A stretch of 63,747 bases of DNA, filler included, from Rhabdomonas costata (taxonomy: Eukaryota): NCBI GenBank assembly GCA_019059605.1. It is 35 parts of 35 records of this genome, joined end to end, with 100 filler letters (N's around TTAATTAATTAA, not from the genome) between each part and the next. Parts side by side here need not be neighbours in the genome. Positions count along the whole stretch, not along the records: positions 51,078 to 52,801 come from JAHMHO010010059.1; positions 52,902 to 54,633 come from JAHMHO010010060.1; positions 54,734 to 56,456 come from JAHMHO010010061.1; positions 56,557 to 58,278 come from JAHMHO010010062.1; positions 58,379 to 60,101 come from JAHMHO010010063.1; positions 60,202 to 61,924 come from JAHMHO010010064.1; positions 62,025 to 63,747 come from JAHMHO010010065.1; 28 more parts are not named here. One strand, given 5' to 3'. Both the position numbers and the translations under genes were made by a program. The notes beneath the pieces were generated by a model that was not told where the DNA came from, searched no databases, and worked only from the letters and a program-made list of their open reading frames with translations. Positions 52,289 through 63,446 of the stretch are shown in pieces; position 1 is the first letter of the stretch; every line of letters starts with the position of its first letter.

Positions 52289-52416
52289 ATGTCGCAGTGT
52301 CAGCGCTGCTTCCATGACTACGACGAGCACGAGCACAAGCCGCAGCAGCTGAACCCTTGCGGGCACTGTGCCTGCTTGAGTTGCACCCAAGAGCTCACTG
52401 GCGAAGGAGCTCCGCG
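52289..52416 (+). CDS. RING-HC finger protein, first exon
   Basis: MSQCQRCFHDYDEHEHKPQQLNPCGHCACLSCTQEL followed by a GTGAG donor. Confidence 0.85.
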
Positions 52417-52912
52417 GTGAGTCTGTATGGGTGCGTGGTTGTGTGGATTGTGAAAACGTGGTTTGCTGGGGCTCGTATGTGCAAGTTTGGACCAGCGATA
52501 GCGAAAGGATCAGTGCATCACAGTGTCTGCGAGAGGAGGTAAAACACAAAACACAAGGACCCTGGGCCCTCATCTTCTCTTTAAGAACTCACAGGTTCAC
52601 GTCCTTATTGGAATCATTGTGATTTTTCTGTTCTTGTTTTCCTTACAAACATCCACCATAACACTACCAAACATCCACCCATCCCCCGTAACCCCCTTTC
52701 AAGTCAAACAGCCTGCCTCTTCTCGGGTCGCGTACATCGCCCCGGCACTCCTCTGCGAGACCAAATAACCTTACAAACATCCACCCATACCCCACAACCC
52801 CNNNNNNNNNNNNNNNNNNNNNNNNNNNNNNNNNNNNNNNNNNNNTTAATTAATTAANNNNNNNNNNNNNNNNNNNNNNNNNNNNNNNNNNNNNNNNNNN
52901 NTTTTTTGTGGG

Positions 52913-52978
52913 TTAGGGTTAGGGTTAGGGTTAGGGTTAGGGTTAGGGTTAGGGTTAGGGTTAGGGTTAGGGTTAGGG
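52913..52978 (+). repeat. (TTAGGG)11 telomeric-type repeat, interstitial orientation
   Basis: The G-rich strand runs into the contig, opposite to a true left chromosome end. A second short tract lies at about 54087-54103. Confidence 0.95.
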
Positions 52979-54087
52979 TCACAAGAGGTAAGGGCAAAGT
53001 CGGCGGAAGGTGGCATCGCCTTGTGCAGGTTAAGCCTTGATCTGGGTGAATAGTAAAAAGCTGAATTTGCTTTTGTTGACTACAGAAAAAATGTTAAGAA
53101 AGATGGAGTTGGACATTTAGTGGATAATCAGATAATAGAGGGAGTAAATTCGTTTCATATTTCTCGGAAATCGCCAGTTATCGCTTGGATCTTGAACCGC
53201 TTCGCGGACATCAAGACATCAAGACATCAAGACATCCAGCGCACAAATGACAAATCCGGGGCACGCGCATACAAAACAACCTGCAAGGCGGGAAAACGCA
53301 ATATTTCAAAAAATTACCAAATACCGAAATACAACACCCAGGGGGTGTAGCATCCCTAAATTGGCCTAAATAAGCCCAAATCAACGCAAAAACAAAGAAG
53401 GAAAACGGATTCAATTACTCCGAGATATGACCCAAAAAGTCGATTTTTTGGGCCCAAAGTCGCCTGCCATCGAAAACTTTTACATTTAAAAAATGCCTTC
53501 TTAACCAACACCCTGAGAGTACCTGGTGAAAGTGTTGTGACTGAAAGCGATTTTTTGCAATCTCTGCTGGTCATTGTTGTTCCAGAAGTAGTGAAATATT
53601 CCATCAAAATGCGTTACAGTAACAAAATAATGGCAAAAACATGGCTCCTGGACGAAATTGACATTTTTCCCATACAACAGCCCAAAAAGGACGAAAACGA
53701 CCAAAAATTTGCGAATTTTCGAAAATCTCCCCGAATACCGTGGAATGATGTCCCGGGGGTATAGCACCCCACAAAAGCGCTAAATACGCCCGAGTAAACG
53801 CAAAAATAACGAAAGAAAACGAATTCGGATACTTCGAGACATGACCCGAAAAAGTCGAAATTTTGGTCATTTTTGGGTCCTTGCAAATTTTCTAAGTCGA
53901 AATTTTTTTTTCGAGTTTTTGGTTCATATCTCCCAGCAAACGTGTCGGTCACGGGAGATCATATGTTAGGAAAAAGCACCACATGTCCCTGCGTCATCCA
54001 AAAAAAAACACGAGGGAAAATCGTTTAGAATACTTCGCTGGGCACGATGGTTAGAGACTTAGTTACAGTTAGCCTTATATATAAGAG
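52979..54087. mobile_element. Putative non-autonomous AT-rich repeat element between TTAGGG tracts
   Basis: Non-coding and A-tract rich. Diverged ~110-bp direct repeat (53341-53450 vs 53755-53866), (GACATCAA)3 at about 53208-53231, and palindrome CTTATATATAAG at the right end. Confidence 0.45.
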
Positions 54088-54269
54088 GGTTAGGGTTAGG
54101 GTTATCGGCGCTGAACTTCCAAGGTGTCTGCGTACACAAGTGTGGTATTGCACCGCAGATAAAAAGGGAATGTATCCGCAATAGAGGAAACCACACCAAA
54201 GCACAGCTCGGGGTCATGGTATTTGCAAAAAAAAAAAAGTGAAAGAATCGAAAGCATGTGACACCGGAC

Positions 54270-54386
54270 CTCTTCGGCAGAGGACTCCACTTCGGGGGCT
54301 TCTGCACCTTCCACGGCGTCCTCTTCCGGTTTCGTTTCAGGTGCTGGGGTGGGTGCCGCGGAGGTGGCTACCTCCGCCTCGAGTGC
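54270..54386 (-). CDS. Acidic A/E/P-rich internal exon
   Basis: CAG|ALEAEVATSAAPTPAPETKPEEDAVEGAEAPEVESSAEE|GTCCG, 39 codons. Confidence 0.65.
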
Positions 54387-54546
54387 CTGTCCGCCATCCC
54401 GAATCAAAGTAATACACAGCGCCGGCGCAAGGGCACTGATGGTGCACCGCCACGCACACTGTATGTACATTAGCTTTTTTCTTGGCATGGGGACCATTGC
54501 ATTGGGGGGGGGGGGGCGTTAACCGTTTTGGAACTTTATGGATCGA

Positions 54547-54627
54547 TTGGAACAAACAACATTACTTTATAGGAGGCGGCCAGCGCAGCGGCGGCTGTTT
54601 CCTATAAAGTAATGTTGTTTGTACCAA
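54547..54627. repeat. Long hairpin with 23-bp perfect core
   Basis: acaaacaacattactttatagga (54552-54574) and its reverse complement (54600-54622); pairing extends on both sides. Confidence 0.95.
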
Positions 54628-54781
54628 AAAAAANNNNNNNNNNNNNNNNNNNNNNNNNNNNNNNNNNNNNNNNNNNNTTAATTAATTAANNNNNNNNNNN
54701 NNNNNNNNNNNNNNNNNNNNNNNNNNNNNNNNNTCTGGGCTGGAGTGGGCCGAAGGGGCTGCGGCGTGGGTGGACGGTCAG

Positions 54782-55834
54782 GTCGCCGCCCACCGGAGGG
54801 TGTACGTGCACTGCAGCCAAGGGGTTAGCCGGTCCACGGCGCTGGTGCTGTACTGCTTGGGGCGGGTACGGGCAAGCCACAGGGGGGAAAGCGTGTGCTG
54901 CAGATTGATTGCGCTTAGCGCCATTACGTTTATCAGAATTCCTGCATGCCTCACGGGCTCTACGTTGTCAGCCAAGCCCACTCGTCGTGTCCTCGTGGGT
55001 TGTGGAGATGCGGGTCCGGAGGGGGGTGGTAGTTCGAGGCAGCAAGACAATTCTCCTGTTCTGAATTACATAAAATTACTGCATAGCACTTGACGTGTAT
55101 TACTTAGCCGCCGCTTGTCGAAAAACAGTGTCGCACGCACTTCCGCTTTCGGATATGCCCTGAACCACCACGTGCAATTTAATTACCCGACGGCGAATGA
55201 CCCTCGCCGAAGCCTTCGCGCTGATTCGGCGGGTCCGGCCTGTGGTGATGCCCACCACAGGCTTCTTCGCTGGGCTTGTGCAGGTCGAGAAGGATACCCT
55301 GGGCCTCGCCGAGTCGACGTTTCCCCTGGAGGTACATTTTCCTTATACCGGTTCGCAGTCCTGCAAACCCAAACTTTTTTTTATATTTGAGAATGTTGCC
55401 AGACATTAAGGCTGTGTTAATGCCGTCGACAGTGATGACCTGTCCTGTAGCCGTTATCTGTGCCTGTTGTGATAACTGCGGAGGTAGTTGTCTGCATCGC
55501 CGATGCAGTTTTCAACGCTTCTATTCCTCCATTCGTCTTCTCGACCGGAAGCTTGCATTCCCCAATTCTGCCTTCTGTCCCCTGCATCCAGGCGTACACT
55601 TTGATGGCCCTGCGGGAGATGTTCCCCTCAGTGGACCCCGCAATTGTGAACGGCGTCTTGCAGCGGGCCACCGCGGCCCTTGCCGAGCGGGGCGCTGAGG
55701 AGGAGTTCCGCGGGAAAGTGGGCAACGCGGCGATCTTCCCTGTGGGCTACCTGGCAGTAGACCTACTTCGGGATGAGCATCCCGAAGCACTGGTGCGGCG
55801 CAAGGGATGCACGCTGCACCATCCCTTTGATTAA
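54782..55834 (+). CDS. Dual-specificity phosphatase with C-terminal CUE-like segment, last three exons
   Basis: Exons 54782-54871(or 54865), 55194-55331, 55592-55834: VYVHCSQGVSRS, MTLAEAFALIRRVRPVVMPTTGF, LREMFPSVDPAIVNGVL. Confidence 0.92.
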
Positions 55835-57585
55835 GAGGGATGGGGGTGGTGCTTCAAGGAAGCGACGGAGAGCGTGCGGAATTACGAAGAAAGTGGAAGC
55901 GTTGCTGGTCAGATTGTTTTTTTGAAGGTGGGGAAGTTGAGCCGAGTTCCCCCAGAGGCGACTGTGTTGGTCCAAGAGCACCTTCCCCAGGAAAATCACT
56001 GCGCGCAGGTTAGGCGCAGAACAATGCAGAGGATTGATTGTTGGGGTGGTTGTAGTTTTGCGCTTGGCGGGAATGCACAATGTTTTTTGACATACTTCTG
56101 GCAAATCGGTTGGGAGATGTCCCTCGCGTGTTGCTTCGTATGTTTCTCAAATGTGCTTGTCAAGCAATGTCAACTCCTGTGAGTTGGTGTCGTTTAAAAA
56201 AGCTGAGAGATGGGCACCCCAGCCCATGATGTCCCCGCCAACGCGACACCAACATTTGCTGAATGTTAGATACTTCTCGTAGCTTTTCTTTCGAGAGCTT
56301 TTTTTGGCTTGGGCTTCATCGTCTGTTTTGTGCCCTTTCTGAAGTCTTGCGGGAAATATCACAGCCGAGTTGAGCGTTGACCGCCAATATGAGGCGAATC
56401 GCCATAGTTCAGCTGTGCAACACCATTGACAAGGTGTTTTCCCCACCCCCCCCAACNNNNNNNNNNNNNNNNNNNNNNNNNNNNNNNNNNNNNNNNNNNN
56501 TTAATTAATTAANNNNNNNNNNNNNNNNNNNNNNNNNNNNNNNNNNNNNNNNNNNNTTGTTTTGGTTTTTGAGGGACCACCTTCCTTATTGCATTGGTGT
56601 CCCGGGTTTCTTTGGTTTGTGTCATTGAACACATCCCCGCTGTGCCTTCCCTTCCCTGTTTACTACTTCTTGTGATTGTGCTTGCGGTGATTCCGAGAAG
56701 TGAACTTGCTCTTGTGAGGTTGGAAAGGGGTCTGCCAGGACAATGGTTAAAATGACTCTCGGACGGAGAGTGGCGAATGCTGGTACCTGGAGGGGTCGCA
56801 GGCTTGTATGGTTGTCATTGCCATAACATCTCACTTCATCTGCACTAGTTACTGACGGGATGATCTCTCCGGTGGTTCCTGACAAGGAAGGGTTGATTGT
56901 CTTTATGGTGAGAAGTCGGGTCTGTCTGGCTACGTTTTGGTTTGCGGTGTCCCTACCAGGGAACTTCAGCCTCCAGAGCCGCATCACTGAGTCTTGTGAG
57001 GGCGTTAAACGTTTAGCCTTTTTGTTTTGCGTTTCGAAAGAAATAACGAATGAAATCGGAGTGTGCAGAATACTGCACGGAGTGCTCTTTTTTTTTTTTT
57101 TTGCAGAAAAGCAAGATTTTCGAAAAAAGGGATGAATTCAAAGTTGGGTGAAACGGTTAAAGGATGGGCCTTTTTTCTTGCAATAAATGCCCCCTTAAAT
57201 AGCCCACTTGGTTACCCCTTTTTAGCTGCTTTTCCGGAAAAGGTCGGTTACCCTCAATGTTCATTGCTAGAGCTTGACCTGCAAATGACTGTTTTGTCCA
57301 CTCCGTTAGAACTGTGAGAGAGTCGCTCTCTTTTCTCGAAAGGGAACAGTCTCGGCCTTGTGGCTTGTGGAAGAGTTTTTCTCTCACGGGTTTCCTCAGT
57401 GGCACTCTGAATCCTCCGGGTTTTCGATTATCCCTAGCCTCTTTCACAACCCTCCTACGAATTCCCTCGCCACCACTTCCTGCCATCTGCATAGCGTGTG
57501 TGGTGAGAGTCCCTCGTTGATTTCATCGGTATAGGCGCACTCACACAGAGCGACACAGACCGACCCCACCCTTGCCCCTCGGAAG

Positions 57586-58261
57586 ATGGGCCTTTCCGCG
57601 CTTCACGCGGTGCTGCTAATCGTGCTGGCCACGGTTGCTTGCCATGCCCACATCTTCCAGCTCACCATTGAGGAGGGGGACCGGCAGGTCGCATTCTTAC
57701 GTTGTGCACCTTGCTAAGGCTTCAGTGCAAGTCATACACCTTCCCACGCCGCACTCCGCTGCTCTTTCCTGCTTTCTTACATTTTGGGAAAACGGCAGCA
57801 ATGTCCACGAGGTCCTGTTCCGCTTCAACGTAAACCATTCCCCGCTGAAGCACTTGGGCAGGGGTTCGGGACACAAGGGAGGAAACGTTTGTGACTGGCG
57901 ACAGCAGTATCCCGAACAGAGAGTTTCAAAGCCCTGGGGAAGGGCTTCGCGCTCGTGTATGTATCACCGCGCCCTTCTTGACGGAATAGTTGCTTTCGAG
58001 TTCGACACGGGCACCAGCGCAGGTGAAAACTTCCCAAAAGGCTTCCCTGGCATTCAACACGTCATGTGCCACAACACAAAAACTCTCCGCCTTCCTCCCT
58101 CACAGGTGATTCACGTGCAGTCCTTCGGGTTTCGCGGGGCGCCCTCGTCGAACTGCACCATCACTGTGAAGGACTTCCAGTACCTGGTTCGAGGGGACTC
58201 CCTCAACCACTGGGTGCCCTCCAAGGAGCTCCCCGACAAGCCCATCGGGTTTGCCCTGGAG
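57586..58261 (+). CDS. GPR107/GPR108-like (LUSTR/Lung 7TM) protein, first two exons
   Basis: Exons 57586-57687 and 58106-58261: signal peptide, then HIFQLTIEEGDRQ|VIHVQSFGF...PIGFALE. Confidence 0.78.
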
Positions 58262-59345
58262 GTCAGCCACCCCAACACNNNNNNNNNNNNNNNNNNNNNN
58301 NNNNNNNNNNNNNNNNNNNNNNTTAATTAATTAANNNNNNNNNNNNNNNNNNNNNNNNNNNNNNNNNNNNNNNNNNNNGGTGTTTATCAGACTCACGTTC
58401 TAAAGAGGAGGGTTGCGGTGGATGGTGCCGGAGTTTTGCGGCATGTAATGCTCCATAGCAAGCGATCAAACAAGCCTACCTACAATGCTGAAAACATCGG
58501 TTGCCGGTTCTTCTCGGCAATTCTTTCCTTCTCTCTGGACATTCATTGATGAATGGCTCAGCTTACCACATGCGTGGCATGTGCGCTCTTGAACTGGAGG
58601 TGGTTATCTCTGGAACAGTGTGGAATTAGGTCAGCCCTCTCGGCGGTCTCGGAAAGGAAACAAGGGCCTCCGTTTAGGACGGTAGTCCTACTCTTCACGT
58701 GGTGAGGTTCTGTCGGCGTCTCTGCACTGTGGCGTTTCCATTCTGTCCCTTCTGACTCTATCAAGATCTATCTCCAAGTATCGGTCGCGATTGCTGTCGC
58801 ATTCCACTTGAGGCTCCTGTCACTACTGTCACGGTATCGATCACGCTCGTGATTTCTGAGCGGTGCCGCCATTGACGGTTGTTCAGCAAAGGAAGCACCT
58901 GCAACACTTTAAGGCGGAAGACTTTTTACTTTGCTTCGGTGTGCATTTTTGGTTCATTCAAAGTAGATGATGAAGAAGAATGGAAGTTAGAGTAGGTGGA
59001 TGCAAAGCAAGACAAGATCCAAGTCCATGTGAACACAGATGAGAGCTCAGGGAGAAATTGCCGTGATGATGCTGCAGGGTAAATAACCTACCTAGCGTCT
59101 TGGTCCATTGGTGTGTAGCCATGATTGTGAGAGTTGTGCTGCTTTGGAGGAGGTGGTGGTGACGAGAATGTTCGGAATGTGGATGAGTGTGTTTGCACAT
59201 TGCTTGGCTTGAACTACTTAGGTGACTTGTGGAGCGTGGCCTGGCTCTCGGAAGACCTCCCAGGCAATTTTATAGGCCTCAATTAGTTTGTTTGGTAGGA
59301 ATCAGAAAACACTTGACCATGATTTGAATTTGGCTTGCACGCTTT

Positions 59346-60049
59346 TTGCCTGCCCATTGCTTCGCTTTTGTTTACTATCTGGTACGATGGCTGGCGCGGG
59401 AACGTGTGATCGGACATGGTGCACGCCACGATGGTAAAGCCAACATGGTGAACCAGCTCCGGGATGTCCACAGTGTGGCGGCGCTGGTGCGCTCAAGACG
59501 GGCGGTGCCACTGGGTGGGGAGATGCTTATCGGCACTTGCCACAGGCTCCGCGGCGACGAGGATGCAGAATGCTATGCTCCAGAGTGACCGTCGGCGTCC
59601 GCAGTAATCTTGACAAGATCAAGGCCCTCTTGCACAAAAGGGACGAGCCCATTGATCTACCTACACCCGTCAGCTGCGAAGTCACCCGTGAAGATGCGGA
59701 CAAGCTGATACACCTACTCGTCCCGGGCACCGCACCAGGATCTTCTAATCTCATGGCGGAAAACATCCAACAACCAGCTAATAGCACTCTGTGCAACATC
59801 CATGACGATCTCGTGATCCTGGTGGCTCAGTTTATAGCAACGGCAGGAGAGGTCACTGACAAGCAGCTTGCGCAATGTTTTGTAGCTGGTCGTCTGGAAC
59901 AACTGCGGAAAAATAACGATGGCATCCGGACCACTGTTGATCTCGAGACTTTGCACTCGTTAGTGTCACACTTTGTGCTTCATCGAAAATTTCTACCAGA
60001 GAATAAGCTGGGCTTCAGACAGGAGTTGTTATGTTGCTTAAACCGATGA
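59346..60049 (+). mobile_element. Decayed reverse transcriptase N-terminal region of a CRE/SLACS-like non-LTR retrotransposon
   Basis: LVPGTAPGSSNLMAENIQ (cf. GSAPGPSGLRAEHL) and AGRLEQLRKNNDGIRTTVDLETLHSLVS (cf. ARLVALxKxxGGVRPIAVGExLRRL); intronless, with stops. Confidence 0.75.
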
Positions 60050-62223
60050 GGTGTATTAGGCGTTGTCGTTACACGTTGGTGTGAACCAACGTGTAACCAC
60101 ANNNNNNNNNNNNNNNNNNNNNNNNNNNNNNNNNNNNNNNNNNNNTTAATTAATTAANNNNNNNNNNNNNNNNNNNNNNNNNNNNNNNNNNNNNNNNNNN
60201 NGCCCCAGCTTCTGGCGCTCCACGCAAGGTGTCAGAAGGTTTGCACCCATACCTGCTGTTCAACTGGTTAGTTGTGATCTCGTTGTTAGCTTCTAGCGTG
60301 CGATTTTCTTCTTTTCTTTTGTCAATTTCGCGCAACTGTGGACATGCGGGCAGTCGGGGAAAAGGATGAGGACGAGTACTCGGGCACTGCTGAGGCTGAG
60401 CTCATCCTGACCCTCCACGTGAGATTCCGGTTCCTGAAATGAGCGCCATGGAGAAAGTACTTGCTTGGCGCTGAAGTCACTCTGTAGCAACACGTGTACA
60501 AAAGAGCTTCTGATGTGTCAACTCGTTTGATAATTTTAGTCCGTTTTCTCTTACGTTAGTTCTTGACTACCGCAAAGACGTCAAGATCACATTTTACAGA
60601 TTTTTGTGTTCATTTCCTCAACCTTTCCGGCCTTTTGATGTTGGCAATAGCAAAAAACAAAATAGCACAACCGAGAAGAGGCAGCGTTGCCACCACACAA
60701 AAAGGGCTGGAACGTGCGCGAAAGGGCGGAACCCAGGGAATTTTGGTAGCACCGAACAGAGCTCAAACGTCCGCAGAAGCACCAAGGCTCACTTTCTTGG
60801 TTATTAAGTTCTCAGAAAGTTCTGTAATGAACTAAGAAAGATCTAAGAGAGTTCCAAGAAAGAGGAGCAACAGGCGGTCCACTCCATACATTCAAAAGGG
60901 AAGTGGAATATAACTGCTTTCCATCCTTCCCTCGCACACAAAGAGAAACTCTTCGGTGTGCTATTCGGTTTGCTGCTGTCGCCATGGTGAGGTAAGCGCC
61001 CGAGGAAGAGCTGCTACTGGCAATCGCTGGATTGGAAGTTGGAACCGTTTGTTTCCCCTTCCCATCTTTTCGTTCCTCCTTGTACATTGTCTGTTTGTTG
61101 CTGAACTCCGGTGCAAGGACTCCGTGCCTGTGTCAGTTATAAAAGCTAGTTAAAATTCCACTCAAAATAAACGTTCTGTGTGGTGGTAATGTTAGAGGGC
61201 TAAGCACTCAAGATAAAAAAATTATGCAAAATGTGACGAAAATTGACGAACTTATTTTTTATTCCACGCGTGTCTATAAAACATTATTGAAAAATGAAAT
61301 AAGTTGCGCGTGATGACATTACAAAAAAAAGAGTCAATTTTTGATCTATCGTCGGGGAGCGTATAAAGCCGTTGAGTGTGTCACAGCGTGTGTACATCCG
61401 GACGGGAGCAGTTTCCCTCCGACACCATCACACGAGTCCTTAACCTTCCTGTGGGGTAAGATAACCTTCGGGGAAGGACACGGCATCTGCCCTTGTTTTG
61501 TACGCATATTCACACCCGTGGGCAGTGAGGAGGACGGGTCTGGTCCCAATGAAGGTGCAGGGGGGGATAGAGTTCTCACTTCAGGTTTTTATCTCGCGTT
61601 CTCGTGCCGCTTGCCTTGCGAATCTTTGTCTTCCTATGCATTTTGCAGTCCACCTCGGCCACTGGACGAACTTCCCCTCCAGTCAAGCTCGGATAAGGAG
61701 GACGGCCCTTCGCCTTCAGCCCGCGGATCCACACTATCATGGACACGAGTGCAGCCACCCCGCAAAGTAAAGAAAAAAAGGACCAAACCGCAACCCCGCA
61801 GAAGAGCCTCGAAGACTTGAGCAATGAAGAGCGCACACCGCTCTTCAGGCAAGCCAACGCCCGATACCGGGCAGCACACCGGGAACATCAGCGCAAGTAC
61901 GGGTTACAAAAGTTTTCGGATTGANNNNNNNNNNNNNNNNNNNNNNNNNNNNNNNNNNNNNNNNNNNNTTAATTAATTAANNNNNNNNNNNNNNNNNNNN
62001 NNNNNNNNNNNNNNNNNNNNNNNNGGGTTTGTGTGTGTGCGGGATTTGTGTGCCCCTTTGGAGCCCCTGTCGACGTACCACTTGGAACCCAAAGGTTGCC
62101 CACAGCGACAGTTGTCAACATCGCTCGCAACTCCATAACCTCTCAAGAACCCCTCTCAGCCTCTCCTCCTTACCGCACAAATCTTGCAAGTCTAAAATCG
62201 AAAACATGACAAGTCTGAAGAGA

Positions 62224-62319
62224 ACGTGCATCGCAACCTAACCCTCACCCTTCTTCTAATGGGATCCCAGGGGGCACGTGCATCGCAACCTAACCCCCAC
62301 CCTTCTTGTAATGGAATCC
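62224..62319. repeat. 44-bp direct repeat, 52-bp period
   Basis: acgtgcatcgcaacctaaccc(t/c)cacccttctt(c/g)taatgg(g/a)atcc occurs twice. Confidence 0.9.
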
Positions 62320-63446
62320 AAATTGGGGCGGGATAATATAGTGCTGCCAATTCTTCTTGGTCTCTTTCACATTCTCTTCGTTTATTGCTTCATGTTTTTG
62401 CACAGGTGAAAGTTGTGGTGAAGGTGGTGTGAGAGATTCACAACTACAACCACCCCGCACACCGAGATAACCTGCCTCGAGGACTTTTTTCGTCCGGGGA
62501 AAGGAAAACGGTCTTGGGGCGTTTATTTCCCCGGACCCGGCTTCCTGCACTCTGCAGCACTATGCGTCTGTGTGTGTGGTTCCCGTCTGCCCCATTTTGT
62601 GGTGGGGACCTTCCCCTGTCGAGGAAGGTCCCCAATTTCTCCTGTGTGTTTCCGCCTGCGCCTTTCCCAACACGCAGATCCCTTTTTTATGGCGACTCCG
62701 TTTTGGTTGGCAGGCAATGGCTCTGAGGAAGCCTTTTATCCCAAAGCTTGCTGGACCCCTGGGAACTCTTTTTCTGTTTCTACAGGTATACTCAAAATGG
62801 TCAATTGTCGGCGCCTCGGATACGGCTTGGTTCTACCAAGCCCGGTAGCCCGTGTCCACACCCACACACGTGCATCCCACCGGCGACATCCGATTTATAT
62901 CTTCACACGTTTACGCTTTTGCAGACGAGCAGCGTTGGTGCCCACGCTACCCCTACCTTCACAAAAATCCCAGGTCATGAACACCTTGTCGGGCTGCCGG
63001 CTCCCTCTCCGGCTTAAAGGACACAGTCCATCAACGTGCCCGAATCCCGCTCAGTATCCCGCTAAAGTGCCCGAACGCGATTAAACCCCATGTCAACGGA
63101 TGTGGAACAATACCCGCCTTGCGGTGCGTTTTCGTTGGTTGTGGACTTCACGTCAATGGTTTTTCCCGGAGTCTTATTCCCATTCTCTCAGCTTTAGGAA
63201 GGAAGGAAACTACATTATCTATCAGCTGACGTGGACTTCTCCCTCATCCCACCCCCAACCACGACATCACTCGATCCAGTGTGGTGTCAATGCAAGCCTC
63301 TCTAATCCCCGCTTCCTCACACCGGAAAACATGTTCCGGCCAATCCTGTCCATTTTTTTTAAGGAGGGATCCCTTCTGTTCGCTTGAGCTTGCGGCCTTT
63401 CGCTTCTGCTCACACAAGGAACTGCTCTCTTCTGCAGCCACCGAAA

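Noticed and set aside
52902-52978. True chromosome end
   Set aside because: Wrong orientation for a left telomere (it would read CCCTAA), and only 11 units.
60202-61924. Transposon with divergent ORFs around an AT-rich core
   Set aside because: No terminal repeats or recognisable protein motifs.
1726-62024. Regularly spaced TTAATTAATTAA as a biological repeat or CRISPR-like array
   Set aside because: Always embedded in fixed N runs, so it is an artificial joiner. For the same reason no operon or gene-cluster inference is valid across contigs.
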